This document shows positions 41,027 to 51,459 of a DNA stretch of 64,000 bases, piece by piece. The stretch is from positions 51,563 to 115,562 of the forward strand of contig JAYNIA010000004.1 of assembly GCA_038108555.1 (NCBI GenBank). The letters run 5' to 3'. The stretch comes from Nitrospinota bacterium. GTDB taxonomy: Bacteria; Nitrospinota; Nitrospinia; Nitrospinales; VA-1. Position 1 is the first letter of the stretch, and each line of letters begins with the position of its first letter. The translations under genes were made by a program, and so were the position numbers. The notes below the pieces were generated by a model. It was not told the origin of the DNA. It saw nothing but the letters and a program-made list of their open reading frames with translations, and did no database searches.

Positions 41027-41569
41027 TTATCTGTTAGCTCGATCGTAGGTTGTGGTTGCCAAAGTCGTTAAATCATTCCCCTTGTCATGATAAAGAACGA
41101 CCTTCTGTTCGAGAATCATTGTATATTTTTTTTCTTTACCAATTTTCTGGATTACCTTCATCATTTTCATCAGAATTTTTTGCGTCATTTCTTGTTCATT
41201 TTTTCCAAACTCTTGATTCTGATCTTGCACATATCTTTCAAAAGCTACTTTTTCTTTGCGAAACTGATCTTCCTTTTTTTTCTTTAGTTCAGGGTCCAGA
41301 ACAAAACTTTGCTTATTCAAATCTTCAAGCATTTTTTTAATTCTTTGTTCCCGCGCTTTTATCTTCTTTTTCTCTTTTGCAAAATCCTTCTTAAAAATTT
41401 CAAATTGTTTTTTCCATTCTTTTGTACTGACCACTGCTTTTTGTAGGTCCACGAACCCAACTCGGTTATCAGCAGCAAACGAGTGGGACACCGAGGGACC
41501 CAGGAAAAACAATCCCATCAAAAAGAAAGAAGAAAATAACTGGTACGGTCTAGAAGAAAATAACTGCAT
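41027..41569 (-). CDS. skp: OmpH/Skp periplasmic chaperone
   Basis: Signal peptide, RVGFVDLQ, coiled coil, YTMILE..DLT; follows bamA. Start reassigned to ATG 41569. Confidence 0.85.
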   Translation of the reverse strand: MQLFSSRPYQLFSSFFLMGLFFLGPSVSHSFAADNRVGFVDLQKAVVSTKEWKKQFEIFKKDFAKEKKKIKAREQRIKKMLEDLNKQSFVLDPELKKKKEDQFRKEKVAFERYVQDQNQEFGKNEQEMTQKILMKMMKVIQKIGKEKKYTMILEQKVVLYHDKGNDLTTLATTTYDRANR

Positions 41570-41597
41570 AATCCAAATCCTTAATTTATGGTTTAAA

Positions 41598-43868
41598 TTA
41601 GAAAGCGCTGCCCGCAGAAAAATGGAATTGCCCAGTTTCTTCTCCGGTTCTGCGATCAATTTTGATACCGTAGGCAAAACCAAGTGGGCCGAAAGGACTG
41701 ATGAAGCGAAAACCTGCGCCTATACTATTTCTCATTTCGGTCAAATCAAAATTGTTGGACGTGCCGCCTAAATCGGTACCCGATCCATATACATTACCTC
41801 TGTCATAGAAAACAAAACCTCGTAATGATTTGGTGAAGGGGTACTGGAGTTCCACGTTCAGGAGAAGAGCCTGATTTCCCCCAACCGGGTCTCCACTGGC
41901 GTCTTTTGGACCAACATCTTGTATTGTAAAACCTCTCAGCGACGTCGGGCCACCCATGAAATATCTTTCGAAAGCAGGAAGAGTATCCCCGCTATAGCCA
42001 TCCGCATAATTGATTCTTGCATGCGCCGCTCCCACAAGTTTTCCAATTAAGGGCTGGTAATAGGTAATCTCATACATAGAGCGGAAAAACTTTACACCAC
42101 CTAACCCGCCAAGATCGGATGTTACCACATGCCTCCACCCCTTGGAAGGGTTTAAAAAATTGTCGCGGCTATCATAGATATAAGTTGGTGTGACTCGACT
42201 GGTTGTACGAGTTTCATTTTTAAGAAATTCGGTGGCATCATTGGGAGAAACCCCTGTGACTTCAACGTTTTGGTATCTATACCCCATCGTTACGGTTTCA
42301 TATTCCGTAATATTTTTCCCCAGCCTCAGTCCTCCACCTGTAGATAGAGAGTCAAAACTCAAGAAGTCCTGATCCGTATTGAATGCATCGATCCCCAAAG
42401 AAATTTCGGAGTCGAATAAACGGGGTTCTGTAAAACTAAGGTTAAAATCTGCCCGGATTGATGACAAAGAAGCGGTCAGGTTAACGCGGTGTCCGTTTCC
42501 AAATAAATTATCCTGAGCAATTGAGGTCGTAAAAATAAGATTTTCAACGGAACTGAAACCCGCCCCTACCGTAAATGATCCCGTAGGTTTTTCTGTTACG
42601 GTAGCAAGAATATCTATCAGGTCGGGGTTTTCTCCCCTTTGAGTATCGATCTTGACATCTTCAAAATAATTCAGATTATTGATTCGTTGCTTACTACGCT
42701 TTAACTTTGAACCATCAAACACTTCACCTTCTTTTAATCTGAATTCACGCCGAATAACATTGTCCTTCGTTTTGATATTACCCAGCATGTTGATTTTTCC
42801 TACATAAACCTTTTTTCCTTTATCAATATCTATTGAAAGTTCAACGGTGCGGGTTTCGTCATTGATCTTTGTAATCGGGTTTGCATCGGCGTAGGCATAA
42901 CCCTTTGTAGAATACAGATCAGTTACAGTTACAATATCCTGGCGAAGTTGGGATACATTGTAGATATCGCCCTTTTTGGTAACAAGGCTTTTTATAACCT
43001 CCTCGTGGGGAATGGTGTCATCGCCTTTAACTTCCAGAGACTTGATGCGGAACTGCGGACCTTCCTCTACAGGAATAATAATATGAATTTGCCGGGCTTT
43101 TTTATTGATATCAATCCGAGGCTCTAGAACCTTGACTCTTAAAAATCCGTGGTCCTGGTAAAAACCTTCTAATCTGAAAAGGTCCAGTTTCAGAATATCT
43201 TTTTGATACACACCCGAATCATCAAGCCAGGAATACCAGGTCTCTGCCTTGGTTTCCATATTCTCGGCAAGCTTATCATCCTCAAATGCTTTGTTACCGG
43301 AGAACCGGATCTTATCAATTTTTACCTTTTCTCCTTCACGAATTCTAATAACAACATCGACAAGGTTGTCAGCTCCAAGATTGGTTTCGATACGCGTTTC
43401 GGCAAAAAAGTAACCTTTTTCTTCATAGGCCTTCAGGATTTCTTTCTTACTCTCCTGAACCAGGTGCTCTTTAAAAGTTGCACCGCGCCTTAAACCAATT
43501 TTTTCTCGAATATCATTGTCTTCCAGTTTATTGTTTCCAAGAATCTGAACTTCATCAATGGATGGAATCTCTTCAACAATAAACACCACCTCAAGACCAT
43601 CAAGACTTTCCTGGGTATCTACCTGGATATCCTTAAATTGGCCCAGACTAAATATCTGCTCAATGTCTTTACGTATTATTGATTTGGAAAGGGTAGTACC
43701 TGGCTTGGATTGGATGTAGTAAAGAATAGTAGATTCATCAATCCTTTTATTCCCTACGATTTTCAAGGATTCGATGATATCACCTTCTTGAGCTGACAAT
43801 GGCAGACTCCAAACGACGAAAACCATCGTCAAAATAGCGACAATAATTTTGTTTAAAAATTTTGCCAT
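41598..43868 (-). CDS. bamA: Outer membrane protein assembly factor BamA
   Basis: POTRA repeats, TKDNVIRRE, LRGF motif, SPFGPL, C-terminal F. Confidence 0.95.
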   Translation of the reverse strand: MAKFLNKIIVAILTMVFVVWSLPLSAQEGDIIESLKIVGNKRIDESTILYYIQSKPGTTLSKSIIRKDIEQIFSLGQFKDIQVDTQESLDGLEVVFIVEEIPSIDEVQILGNNKLEDNDIREKIGLRRGATFKEHLVQESKKEILKAYEEKGYFFAETRIETNLGADNLVDVVIRIREGEKVKIDKIRFSGNKAFEDDKLAENMETKAETWYSWLDDSGVYQKDILKLDLFRLEGFYQDHGFLRVKVLEPRIDINKKARQIHIIIPVEEGPQFRIKSLEVKGDDTIPHEEVIKSLVTKKGDIYNVSQLRQDIVTVTDLYSTKGYAYADANPITKINDETRTVELSIDIDKGKKVYVGKINMLGNIKTKDNVIRREFRLKEGEVFDGSKLKRSKQRINNLNYFEDVKIDTQRGENPDLIDILATVTEKPTGSFTVGAGFSSVENLIFTTSIAQDNLFGNGHRVNLTASLSSIRADFNLSFTEPRLFDSEISLGIDAFNTDQDFLSFDSLSTGGGLRLGKNITEYETVTMGYRYQNVEVTGVSPNDATEFLKNETRTTSRVTPTYIYDSRDNFLNPSKGWRHVVTSDLGGLGGVKFFRSMYEITYYQPLIGKLVGAAHARINYADGYSGDTLPAFERYFMGGPTSLRGFTIQDVGPKDASGDPVGGNQALLLNVELQYPFTKSLRGFVFYDRGNVYGSGTDLGGTSNNFDLTEMRNSIGAGFRFISPFGPLGFAYGIKIDRRTGEETGQFHFSAGSAF

Positions 43869-44028
43869 TTTGCCAGAACTTACTGAAATTTTACGAGTTA
43901 TAGTGATAAATTTGGGTCCCGAGTTTTAGCCAAAAAAAAGTATCAAGCTCCATTGGGCCAACCCCTTGAAACTTAATACTTTATTTTCTTTTATTCATTT
44001 GCGCTTTTGTTAAGCGAGAAAATATTTT

Positions 44029-46458
44029 TTATCCCACATTAACTGCATCGGCCTTTTCTACAAATACCAGGCTGTCATCCTGCAGGCTCACCTCAATGAG
44101 ACCCCCGTTTTTGAAACGGCCTTTTAGCATTTCATCTGACAAAACATCTTCCAAATGTTTTTGAATGGCCCGTTTCAGAGGACGCGCACCGAAGTTAGGA
44201 TCATATCCCTTTTCAGCAATCCACTGTTTTGCGCTTGGGGTTACATCCAAGGTAAGTCCCTGTTGAATGAGTTGCTCGTTCAAAGCTTGCAACTGGACAT
44301 CAAGAATTTCAACGATATTGCTCAACTCTAATGGGCGGAAGACCACCGTCTCACTTAAGCGATTAAGGAACTCAGGATTGAAAGTTCTTTTCAAATCCTG
44401 CTTCAATTCCTTCTGCATTTTATCGTAGTTTAATTCGTCATCATCCTTATGGAATCCCAAGCTGGTGCCTTTTTCCAACATTCTTGAACTGATGTTAGAT
44501 GTCAGAATGATTACGGTATTTTTGAAATCAATAACCCGGCCATAACTATCCGTCAACCGACCGTCATCCATGATTTGCAACAACAGATGGTAGATGTCCG
44601 GATTGGCTTTTTCAATTTCATCAAAAAGCACAACCGAGTAGGGCTTGCGGCGAACTTTTTCCGTCAACTGGCCACCTTCTTCATAACCCACATAACCTGG
44701 AGGTGCGCCGGTTAACCGGGATACATTGAATTTCTCCATGTACTCGGACATATCCAGACGAATCAGGGAGTCCCGATCTCCAAACATGAACTCTGCAAGC
44801 ACATTTGCAAGCTCGGTCTTACCGACACCCGTTGGCCCAAGAAACAGGAAAGTACCAATGGGTCGTTTCATATCCTTCAGACCAGAACGGGAACGGCGAA
44901 TGGCTTTGGTGAGAACTTTGATTGCTTCTCCCTGCCCGACAACCTTTCCTGCCAATTCCTTTTCCATGTTCATCAAGCGAACACTTTCCTTCTCCTCGAT
45001 TCGAGAGAGAGGGATTCCTGTCATGCTCGAAACTACATCGGCAATATCTTCTTCGGAAATGCTGGGCTCACTGGTATCCCGTTCCTTATCCCATTCCTCT
45101 TTCACCTTATCCAGTTTTTCCATCAAGGCCTCTTCTTTATCCCGTAACTCCACAGCCTTTTCGAATTCCTGGTTTTCAATGCAGACTTTCTTGTCGCGAA
45201 TCACCAGATCCATGTCCTTTTGGATTTGCTTCATTTCCGGAGATTGCGTTATTTCCCGCAGGCGAACTCTTGATCCGGCTTCGTCGATAACATCAATAGC
45301 CTTATCAGGAAGAAAACGGTCGGTGATATACCGTTCCGCAAAACGGACGGCGGTGACAATGGCATCGTCAGAAATTTTTGCTTTATGATGAAGCTCGTAA
45401 GGAACTTTGAGACCTTTGATAATCTCAATCGTTTCTTCAACCGTTGGCGGATTAACAATGATGGGCTGGAATCGTCTTTCCAGAGCCCCGTTTTTCTCAA
45501 TGTATTTTCGATATTCTTCCAGAGTTGTTGCTCCGATACATTGAATTTCTCCGCGGGAAAGCGCAGGCTTCAACATATTGGATGCATCAACAGAACCTTC
45601 TGCAGCACCGGCACCCACCAAGGTGTGCAACTCATCCACAAAAAGAATAATGCTGTCGTTTTGCATGATTTCTTTCATGATCCCTTTAAGCCGCGCTTCA
45701 AACTGACCGCGGTATTTCGTTCCCGCAATCAGCGAGCCCAAATCAAGAGACACCACCCGTTTTTCAAACAGCGTGTCAGGCACTTCACGCTCAACGATCA
45801 ACTGTGCCAGCCCCTCGACAATCGCGGTTTTGCCAACTCCCGGCTCACCGATTAAAACAGGATTGTTTTTTGTACGGCGGCTGAGGATCTGGATCACGCG
45901 CTCAATTTCTTTGGCACGCCCAATGATGGGATCCAGCTTTCCATCGATGGCCATTTTTGTAAGGTCGCGGCTGAACTCATCGAGTGTTGGGGTTTTACCA
46001 ACTTCACGATTGGCTTCTGTAGGCTCTTTGAACATCTCAACAATTTTTTCGCGGACGTCATCGAAAAACATCCCGAAACTGTTGAGAACGCGACAGGCCA
46101 CCCCTTCCTTCTCTTTTAACAAACCCAAAAGAAGATGTTCGGTGCCAATATAGTTGTGGTTGAGGGAACGGGCTTCTTCCACTGCGAACTCCAGAACCTT
46201 TTTAGCCCTGGAAGTAAATGGAATATCGCCAATGATCAAAGAATTTGAACTTCGTGGCAAACTTTTTTCCAGTTCTTTTTTCAACTGGGTCAGATCAACT
46301 CCGCTTTTTTGCACAATGGCTACGGCTATACCACCACCATCTTTGATTACACCCTGTAAAATGTGCTCTGTACCTAAATACTCGTGACGGTAGAGTTCGG
46401 CTTCCTCGCGGGCGAGGATGATAACTCTACGCGCTCTCTCCGTGAATCGTTTGAACAT
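44029..46458 (-). CDS. clpC: ClpC-type AAA+ chaperone/protease ATPase
   Basis: Clp-N repeats, GEPGVGKT and GPTGVGKT Walker A motifs, UVR coiled coil ([11 protein letters not shown]), LGF ClpP-docking loop. Confidence 0.93.
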   Translation of the reverse strand: MFKRFTERARRVIILAREEAELYRHEYLGTEHILQGVIKDGGGIAVAIVQKSGVDLTQLKKELEKSLPRSSNSLIIGDIPFTSRAKKVLEFAVEEARSLNHNYIGTEHLLLGLLKEKEGVACRVLNSFGMFFDDVREKIVEMFKEPTEANREVGKTPTLDEFSRDLTKMAIDGKLDPIIGRAKEIERVIQILSRRTKNNPVLIGEPGVGKTAIVEGLAQLIVEREVPDTLFEKRVVSLDLGSLIAGTKYRGQFEARLKGIMKEIMQNDSIILFVDELHTLVGAGAAEGSVDASNMLKPALSRGEIQCIGATTLEEYRKYIEKNGALERRFQPIIVNPPTVEETIEIIKGLKVPYELHHKAKISDDAIVTAVRFAERYITDRFLPDKAIDVIDEAGSRVRLREITQSPEMKQIQKDMDLVIRDKKVCIENQEFEKAVELRDKEEALMEKLDKVKEEWDKERDTSEPSISEEDIADVVSSMTGIPLSRIEEKESVRLMNMEKELAGKVVGQGEAIKVLTKAIRRSRSGLKDMKRPIGTFLFLGPTGVGKTELANVLAEFMFGDRDSLIRLDMSEYMEKFNVSRLTGAPPGYVGYEEGGQLTEKVRRKPYSVVLFDEIEKANPDIYHLLLQIMDDGRLTDSYGRVIDFKNTVIILTSNISSRMLEKGTSLGFHKDDDELNYDKMQKELKQDLKRTFNPEFLNRLSETVVFRPLELSNIVEILDVQLQALNEQLIQQGLTLDVTPSAKQWIAEKGYDPNFGARPLKRAIQKHLEDVLSDEMLKGRFKNGGLIEVSLQDDSLVFVEKADAVNVG

Positions 46459-46700
46459 GATTCAACATTCCTTAAAAAGCGGATTTATAATATGAAAGAG
46501 GCCCACACTTGACTTCTTATGTGGAACAACATCCCTGTTTATATTCTGGTTTACGCCATTCATATTTTAACAAATGATTTCAATTATAGAAAGGGTTAAT
46601 TTGGAACCACTTGAATACACATAACCTACCAATAATAAAGGGGTTATTGCAGCCCGAACGGCCTCGAAAAAGCGGTTTTTCCGGCCTGCTTACTCCCTGT

Positions 46701-46727
46701 TTATCGGCAAATTTTTCTCTTTACTGA
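46701..46727 (-). promoter_or_regulatory. Candidate sigma28 (FliA) promoter pointing toward clpC
   Basis: TCAG-N15-GCCGATAA with a perfect -10. Confidence 0.45.
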
Positions 46728-46770
46728 AGGCAAACCCGAATTAGCTTTTGGTGGGCAAAACACAAACAAA

Positions 46771-49700
46771 TCAACTATAACCCGCATCCTTATGGAAACA
46801 GATCACAGCAGCGGTTGTACTGGGGGGATAAAACTCGTCGGCTTCGGTTAAAGTCACCCCCAGATCTTCTGCCCCAAGCGCATTCCAAATAATGTGATTG
46901 CCCTTTAGGTTTGTCAAGGCGGGGTAACCCGGACTGTATCGCTGCCCTCGGTTTTCTTTCTTATAACCGGCTCTCGTCCGCATCAATTGATGGATATATT
47001 CAGCCATATCTTCAGCCACCCTGTCGCTTAATCCTTGTAAATAAAGGGCGGATTCACTTTCATTCTGCGCCTTTAAAGATTTGATCCCTTCCTCAACCCC
47101 GGTTCCTGCCGTGGTAATTTGCAGACCAATGGCGTCCAACTGCCCTGAATCCACCGAATGGAAATACTGACCAATGGAAAATTTGTCTTTTCTTCCCTTC
47201 CCAATGCAAACATCAAATTTTAGCCGGCCCAGTTCTTTTTCTTTTTTATCCGATTCGTAAAAGATGACCTCATCTCCATCGGCCTGGGCCGGAAAAAGCC
47301 CGAAGCGGGCCTTGGGAATGATCCAATTATTTTCTTCCGCTTTTTGAATCCATTCCTTCTCCAACTTATGTAATTGGTCTAATGTAATTCCCTTTTGTAG
47401 CCAGCTGGATTTTTTCCCAAACTTCCAGTTCAGGGAATACAAACTCTTTCTGTCCAGGGAAAGTTTATGCAATTTAAATTCTACTTTTTGGATTCCATAA
47501 CCTTCGGCGGGAACCTCATGATGACGAAAACTGATTTTTCTTCTGGGAAGAGTTTCCAGCAATTTGTCTTTCTCTTCCTGAATACCTTTAGCTTTCTGGT
47601 ATTGGTAGAGTAACGCTTGTTGGTTTTCCTTTAGCAAAGCGGGGCGCTTTTCTTTATCCATCAACAAGCCCATGGTATTGACACCGTCCATACCGCTGTC
47701 ACAATAAAAAACATTGTCGAGAATTTCTTCGGTATCATCTCCGCCTTTCATGGCAACGTAACCTGCATGCCTGAGGTTGACCGGAGCACCCCCAATGAGA
47801 ATCGGAATGGAAAATTTTTCATCGGTCAACATTCGAGCCACTGTAATCATATGATTGGATGTTTGAACTAAAAGCGCGCTCATGCCTATTGCATCTGCTT
47901 TTTCAGCACGCGCCGTTTCAATAAATTTTTCCAATGGTACCTGCACCCCAAGGTCAATCACCCGGTAACCATAATTTTCCAGAAGCGTTTTTGCCAGGTC
48001 TTTTCCTATGCTATGCACATCCTGATAAACCGTTCCGATGACCACGACTCCCTTATAGTCAATGGCAGCGCCGGGTTCGACTCCACTTTGAAATCGCATG
48101 AAGCCTTCAAGAAACTGCATAACGTGACGCATCACATCGGCACTTTTTAATAAATGCGGCAGGCTGACTTCACCACGGCCAAAGGCATCGCCCAGTTCGC
48201 GCATTGCCTTCATTAAATACCCACTGATGAAACTCAACGGCTCGTGTTTGTTTATAACCTCAGCGACATCGACCACAATTTTGTCTTTGTAGGGAAATTC
48301 TCCACCCTCTTTTTCGATGACCCCTTCCTGCTTTTGCTTGAAGCCATCTTTTATCTTCTGGCAAATACTTTCTTCCAGAGAAAGATCGTCGTAGTCGATC
48401 TTTTTGGTCTGCGTCCCCGTTTTCTTGGTCTGTGCTATTTGTTCCAACTCTTCAAAGGCCGCCATGTCGCGATCAAGAATTACTTTTCTTGCCAACGTCA
48501 CATCGCCTTCGGACAGGCTTTCGAGAGGAACATAATGGTTTGGATTCAAAATGGCACAGTCCAACCCGGCTTTCCTCGCCTCATCCAGAAAAACACTGGT
48601 CAATACCTTTCGCATATAGGGCTTTGAAGCCAGGCCATTGGTCAGGTTGCCGACACCAATACTGGTTTTTAAATCAGGATGAATCGCTTTGATACGCGGC
48701 AGACATTTCAAGGTTTCTGCGCAGAAGTTGAGTCCCTCCACTGATTCCGAACCGATGGGATAGGCGTTGACATCCATCAAAATCTGGTCGGGAGTAACGT
48801 CATGTTTTTCCTTAGCCTGTTTTACAATTTCGGCAGCTAACTCATATTTTTCATCTGCAGTTTGCCCCGGTCCTTCCGGCCCGTTCACCAGTGCCACATA
48901 AACAGGATTGTGCTGACGGGTTTGCGACAGCACCGCATCGAGTTTACTCACTCCCTTTTCGTATTCTTCCAAACTGATGGAGTTGATGATGGGTCTTCCG
49001 GGATAGGTTTCAATAGCCACCTGCAACGCTTCCACTGAAAAGGAGTCGATGCACATGACGCCCTTGAAGTCACTGGTCAACTCGTAGATCGCCTGCGGCA
49101 AAACTTTTTCGGTGTCGACAATATTACTGTCCATACAAACATCGATGATATCGATGCCGAGATCTTTGACCTGCTCTTCCACAACCTCTTCCAAAACCGC
49201 CATTTGAATTTCATCGTCCCGTTCGACGGCTTCGCGAACTTTTTTACTGCCGCGAACGTTCAATCTTTCACCAATGCGAATCAAGGCATCGGAACTGTCG
49301 AGAGGCATGGCTTCCTGCGGACCAGAGACATAAACCTGTTTCTCCACTTCCTTCCTTGCCGGAACCAATCCATTCAAACGCTTCGAAATTGCCCGGATAT
49401 GATCCGGCGTTGTTCCGCAACAACCACCAATGATGGAAACTCCAAAATCTTTAACGAAGCGTTCTACATAGTCGGCCATATCTTCCGGCTCGAGCTTGTA
49501 GCAGGTCTTTCCATCTTCCGAGACGGGTTGACCCGCATTGGGCACAATGGAAATTGGCAAGCTGCAAACCCGGCTCAATTTTTCCACTGTTTTTTCCATT
49601 AATTCCGGACCGGTGTTGCAATTGATTCCAAATGCGGAAATCCCCATACCTTCAATCGTAACGAGAGCAGCATGGATATCGGTGTTAAAAATTTGCATCT

Positions 49701-50382
49701 TGGAAAATCCATCCACTGTAACCTGGGCAATGATGGGAAGTTTGGTTCCACTCTCTTCAAAAACTTTTTGTGCCCCAATCAAGGAAGCTTTCAATTCCAG
49801 GATATCCTGTTGCGTTTCAAACAACAAAACATCAGCCCCACCTTCCAGCATTCCTTTTACCTGCTGGTAATTATTGTCAACAATCTGATCCCAGGTGGCT
49901 TTATTAAGATCGGCTTCTGTTTTTGAAAGGACATAATTGGATGGACCGATGGACCCTGCAACGAATAAAGGTCGTCCGTCATATTCCGACTCGGTTTTAT
50001 ATTTTTCGATAGCCCTTTTTGCTATCCGGCATCCTTCCACATTCAGGTAATGGGTGATGGCTGCGTAATCCGATTTTTTTAAATCCAATCCTTCAGGAAT
50101 CGCTTTGATATCGGCTAGGTCGATTTGAGTGAAATCAAATTCCTTCAAACGCAGGGGTGACGCGCCAAAGGTATTGGTTTCTATGAGGTTTGCACCGGCG
50201 CGAAGGTATTTCAGGTGGATTTCTTCCAGATCATCGGGTCGGGAAAAAATCAACAAGTCGGTTAACATTTTGAAAGCGGCACCGCCAAAGGCGGCATCGT
50301 CCAGTTCCAGATTTTGAACCATGGTTCCCATGGCACCATCCAGTACCAGTACCTGCTTTCCTAATACATCCTCAAATTTCAT
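46771..50382 (-). CDS. metH: B12-dependent methionine synthase
   Basis: DGAMGT, GINC, GGCCGT, IGERLN, DVHSIG (cobalamin His), RYSPGYPA. Confidence 0.95.
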   Translation of the reverse strand: MKFEDVLGKQVLVLDGAMGTMVQNLELDDAAFGGAAFKMLTDLLIFSRPDDLEEIHLKYLRAGANLIETNTFGASPLRLKEFDFTQIDLADIKAIPEGLDLKKSDYAAITHYLNVEGCRIAKRAIEKYKTESEYDGRPLFVAGSIGPSNYVLSKTEADLNKATWDQIVDNNYQQVKGMLEGGADVLLFETQQDILELKASLIGAQKVFEESGTKLPIIAQVTVDGFSKMQIFNTDIHAALVTIEGMGISAFGINCNTGPELMEKTVEKLSRVCSLPISIVPNAGQPVSEDGKTCYKLEPEDMADYVERFVKDFGVSIIGGCCGTTPDHIRAISKRLNGLVPARKEVEKQVYVSGPQEAMPLDSSDALIRIGERLNVRGSKKVREAVERDDEIQMAVLEEVVEEQVKDLGIDIIDVCMDSNIVDTEKVLPQAIYELTSDFKGVMCIDSFSVEALQVAIETYPGRPIINSISLEEYEKGVSKLDAVLSQTRQHNPVYVALVNGPEGPGQTADEKYELAAEIVKQAKEKHDVTPDQILMDVNAYPIGSESVEGLNFCAETLKCLPRIKAIHPDLKTSIGVGNLTNGLASKPYMRKVLTSVFLDEARKAGLDCAILNPNHYVPLESLSEGDVTLARKVILDRDMAAFEELEQIAQTKKTGTQTKKIDYDDLSLEESICQKIKDGFKQKQEGVIEKEGGEFPYKDKIVVDVAEVINKHEPLSFISGYLMKAMRELGDAFGRGEVSLPHLLKSADVMRHVMQFLEGFMRFQSGVEPGAAIDYKGVVVIGTVYQDVHSIGKDLAKTLLENYGYRVIDLGVQVPLEKFIETARAEKADAIGMSALLVQTSNHMITVARMLTDEKFSIPILIGGAPVNLRHAGYVAMKGGDDTEEILDNVFYCDSGMDGVNTMGLLMDKEKRPALLKENQQALLYQYQKAKGIQEEKDKLLETLPRRKISFRHHEVPAEGYGIQKVEFKLHKLSLDRKSLYSLNWKFGKKSSWLQKGITLDQLHKLEKEWIQKAEENNWIIPKARFGLFPAQADGDEVIFYESDKKEKELGRLKFDVCIGKGRKDKFSIGQYFHSVDSGQLDAIGLQITTAGTGVEEGIKSLKAQNESESALYLQGLSDRVAEDMAEYIHQLMRTRAGYKKENRGQRYSPGYPALTNLKGNHIIWNALGAEDLGVTLTEADEFYPPSTTAAVICFHKDAGYS

Positions 50383-50568
50383 TATTAACTCGTTTTTTGA
50401 TTTTAAATTCTATAAAAGGCTGGCTTTCATTCAGGAATTGGAAAAAGGTCTTCTACAGGTAAAACACGAGGAGTCCCATCCTACGAGGTCAAATTACTAG
50501 GAAATCAACAGGTTTTCAATGACATAATTATAATTTTCCTATCCAGTGAAATCAGGAAAGGATTTAAT

Positions 50569-51459
50569 TCACACTACTTCTTTTTTTGGTTTATCAGGTT
50601 TAATACCAAATACCCGTTCCATGAAACCGGGCCGGTCTTTGGCACAGCGGAAGCCAATATCTTTCTTACGTGCCAATGGAGTAATATGCTCACGAAAGGA
50701 CGCACGGGATTTCATCGCGACCACCTTTTGAAAATCTTTTTTTCCAAAATGGCCCACTCCCATAAAAGACATGCCGCGAACAATATAATGACTTTTTTTA
50801 AACGCCGCCGATTGATACTGACTGTCGGGATAGGGTAGGTAATAATCCCACACCCATTCCCAGACATTGCCTACCATGTCATGCACACCATAAGGACTGG
50901 CAGACTTGGGGAAACTGCCTACCGGTTTTAGCCCCTGACCGGTTTTGTTTCTAGGCGACGTCGCGAGGTTGGCAATTCCCGGTATAAAATCATCTCCCCA
51001 GGGGTAAATAAACCCAGCCCGTCCCCGGGCAGCCTTCTCCCATTCCATTTCGCTGGGCAAACGTTTGCCGGCCCATTCGGCATACGCGGCGGCATCAAAA
51101 AAACTGACCTGTGTCACAGGATAATTATCCCTCCCTTCTGGAAATTTCTGACCCTTCCAGTGACGGGGGGGTTTTCGGTCAGTCGCCTGGCAAAAAATAT
51201 AGTATTGTAGGTTCGTAACTTCATAACGGTCGATATAAAATCCGGGAATGTCGGTACGCCTTTCAGGAGATTCGTCGGCGTACCAGGGTTTGTCGAGTCC
51301 CAAAGAAAGTGCGTGGTTTTCAGAATCGACTTCGTTCGACCCAATGGTAAACTCACCCGAAGGGATATAGACCATCCCCTCAGGCACATTTTCAAAACAC
51401 CCTGTAAGAAAAATTGTTGAAAGTAATAGAAGAACCAGGATTTTAATTTTTTTTACCAT
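50569..51459 (-). CDS. FGE-sulfatase (SUMF1/EgtB/PvdO) domain lipoprotein
   Basis: Lipobox FLTGC; YEVTN, RLPSEMEWEKAARG, DMVGNVWEW, GFRCA. Confidence 0.88.
   Translation of the reverse strand: MVKKIKILVLLLLSTIFLTGCFENVPEGMVYIPSGEFTIGSNEVDSENHALSLGLDKPWYADESPERRTDIPGFYIDRYEVTNLQYYIFCQATDRKPPRHWKGQKFPEGRDNYPVTQVSFFDAAAYAEWAGKRLPSEMEWEKAARGRAGFIYPWGDDFIPGIANLATSPRNKTGQGLKPVGSFPKSASPYGVHDMVGNVWEWVWDYYLPYPDSQYQSAAFKKSHYIVRGMSFMGVGHFGKKDFQKVVAMKSRASFREHITPLARKKDIGFRCAKDRPGFMERVFGIKPDKPKKEVV

Noticed and set aside
44726..45388. 220-aa plus-strand ORF, and a similar one at 54917-55585
   Set aside because: Antisense shadows of clpC and the DegT gene.
46728..46760. c-di-GMP-I riboswitch-like GGCAAACC
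   Set aside because: Lacks the GAAA tetraloop/receptor and GACGCAAA, and is on the strand opposite the flanking genes.
50383..50520. SAM, SAH or cobalamin riboswitch upstream of metH
   Set aside because: No consensus elements recognised by eye. An Rfam scan would settle it.
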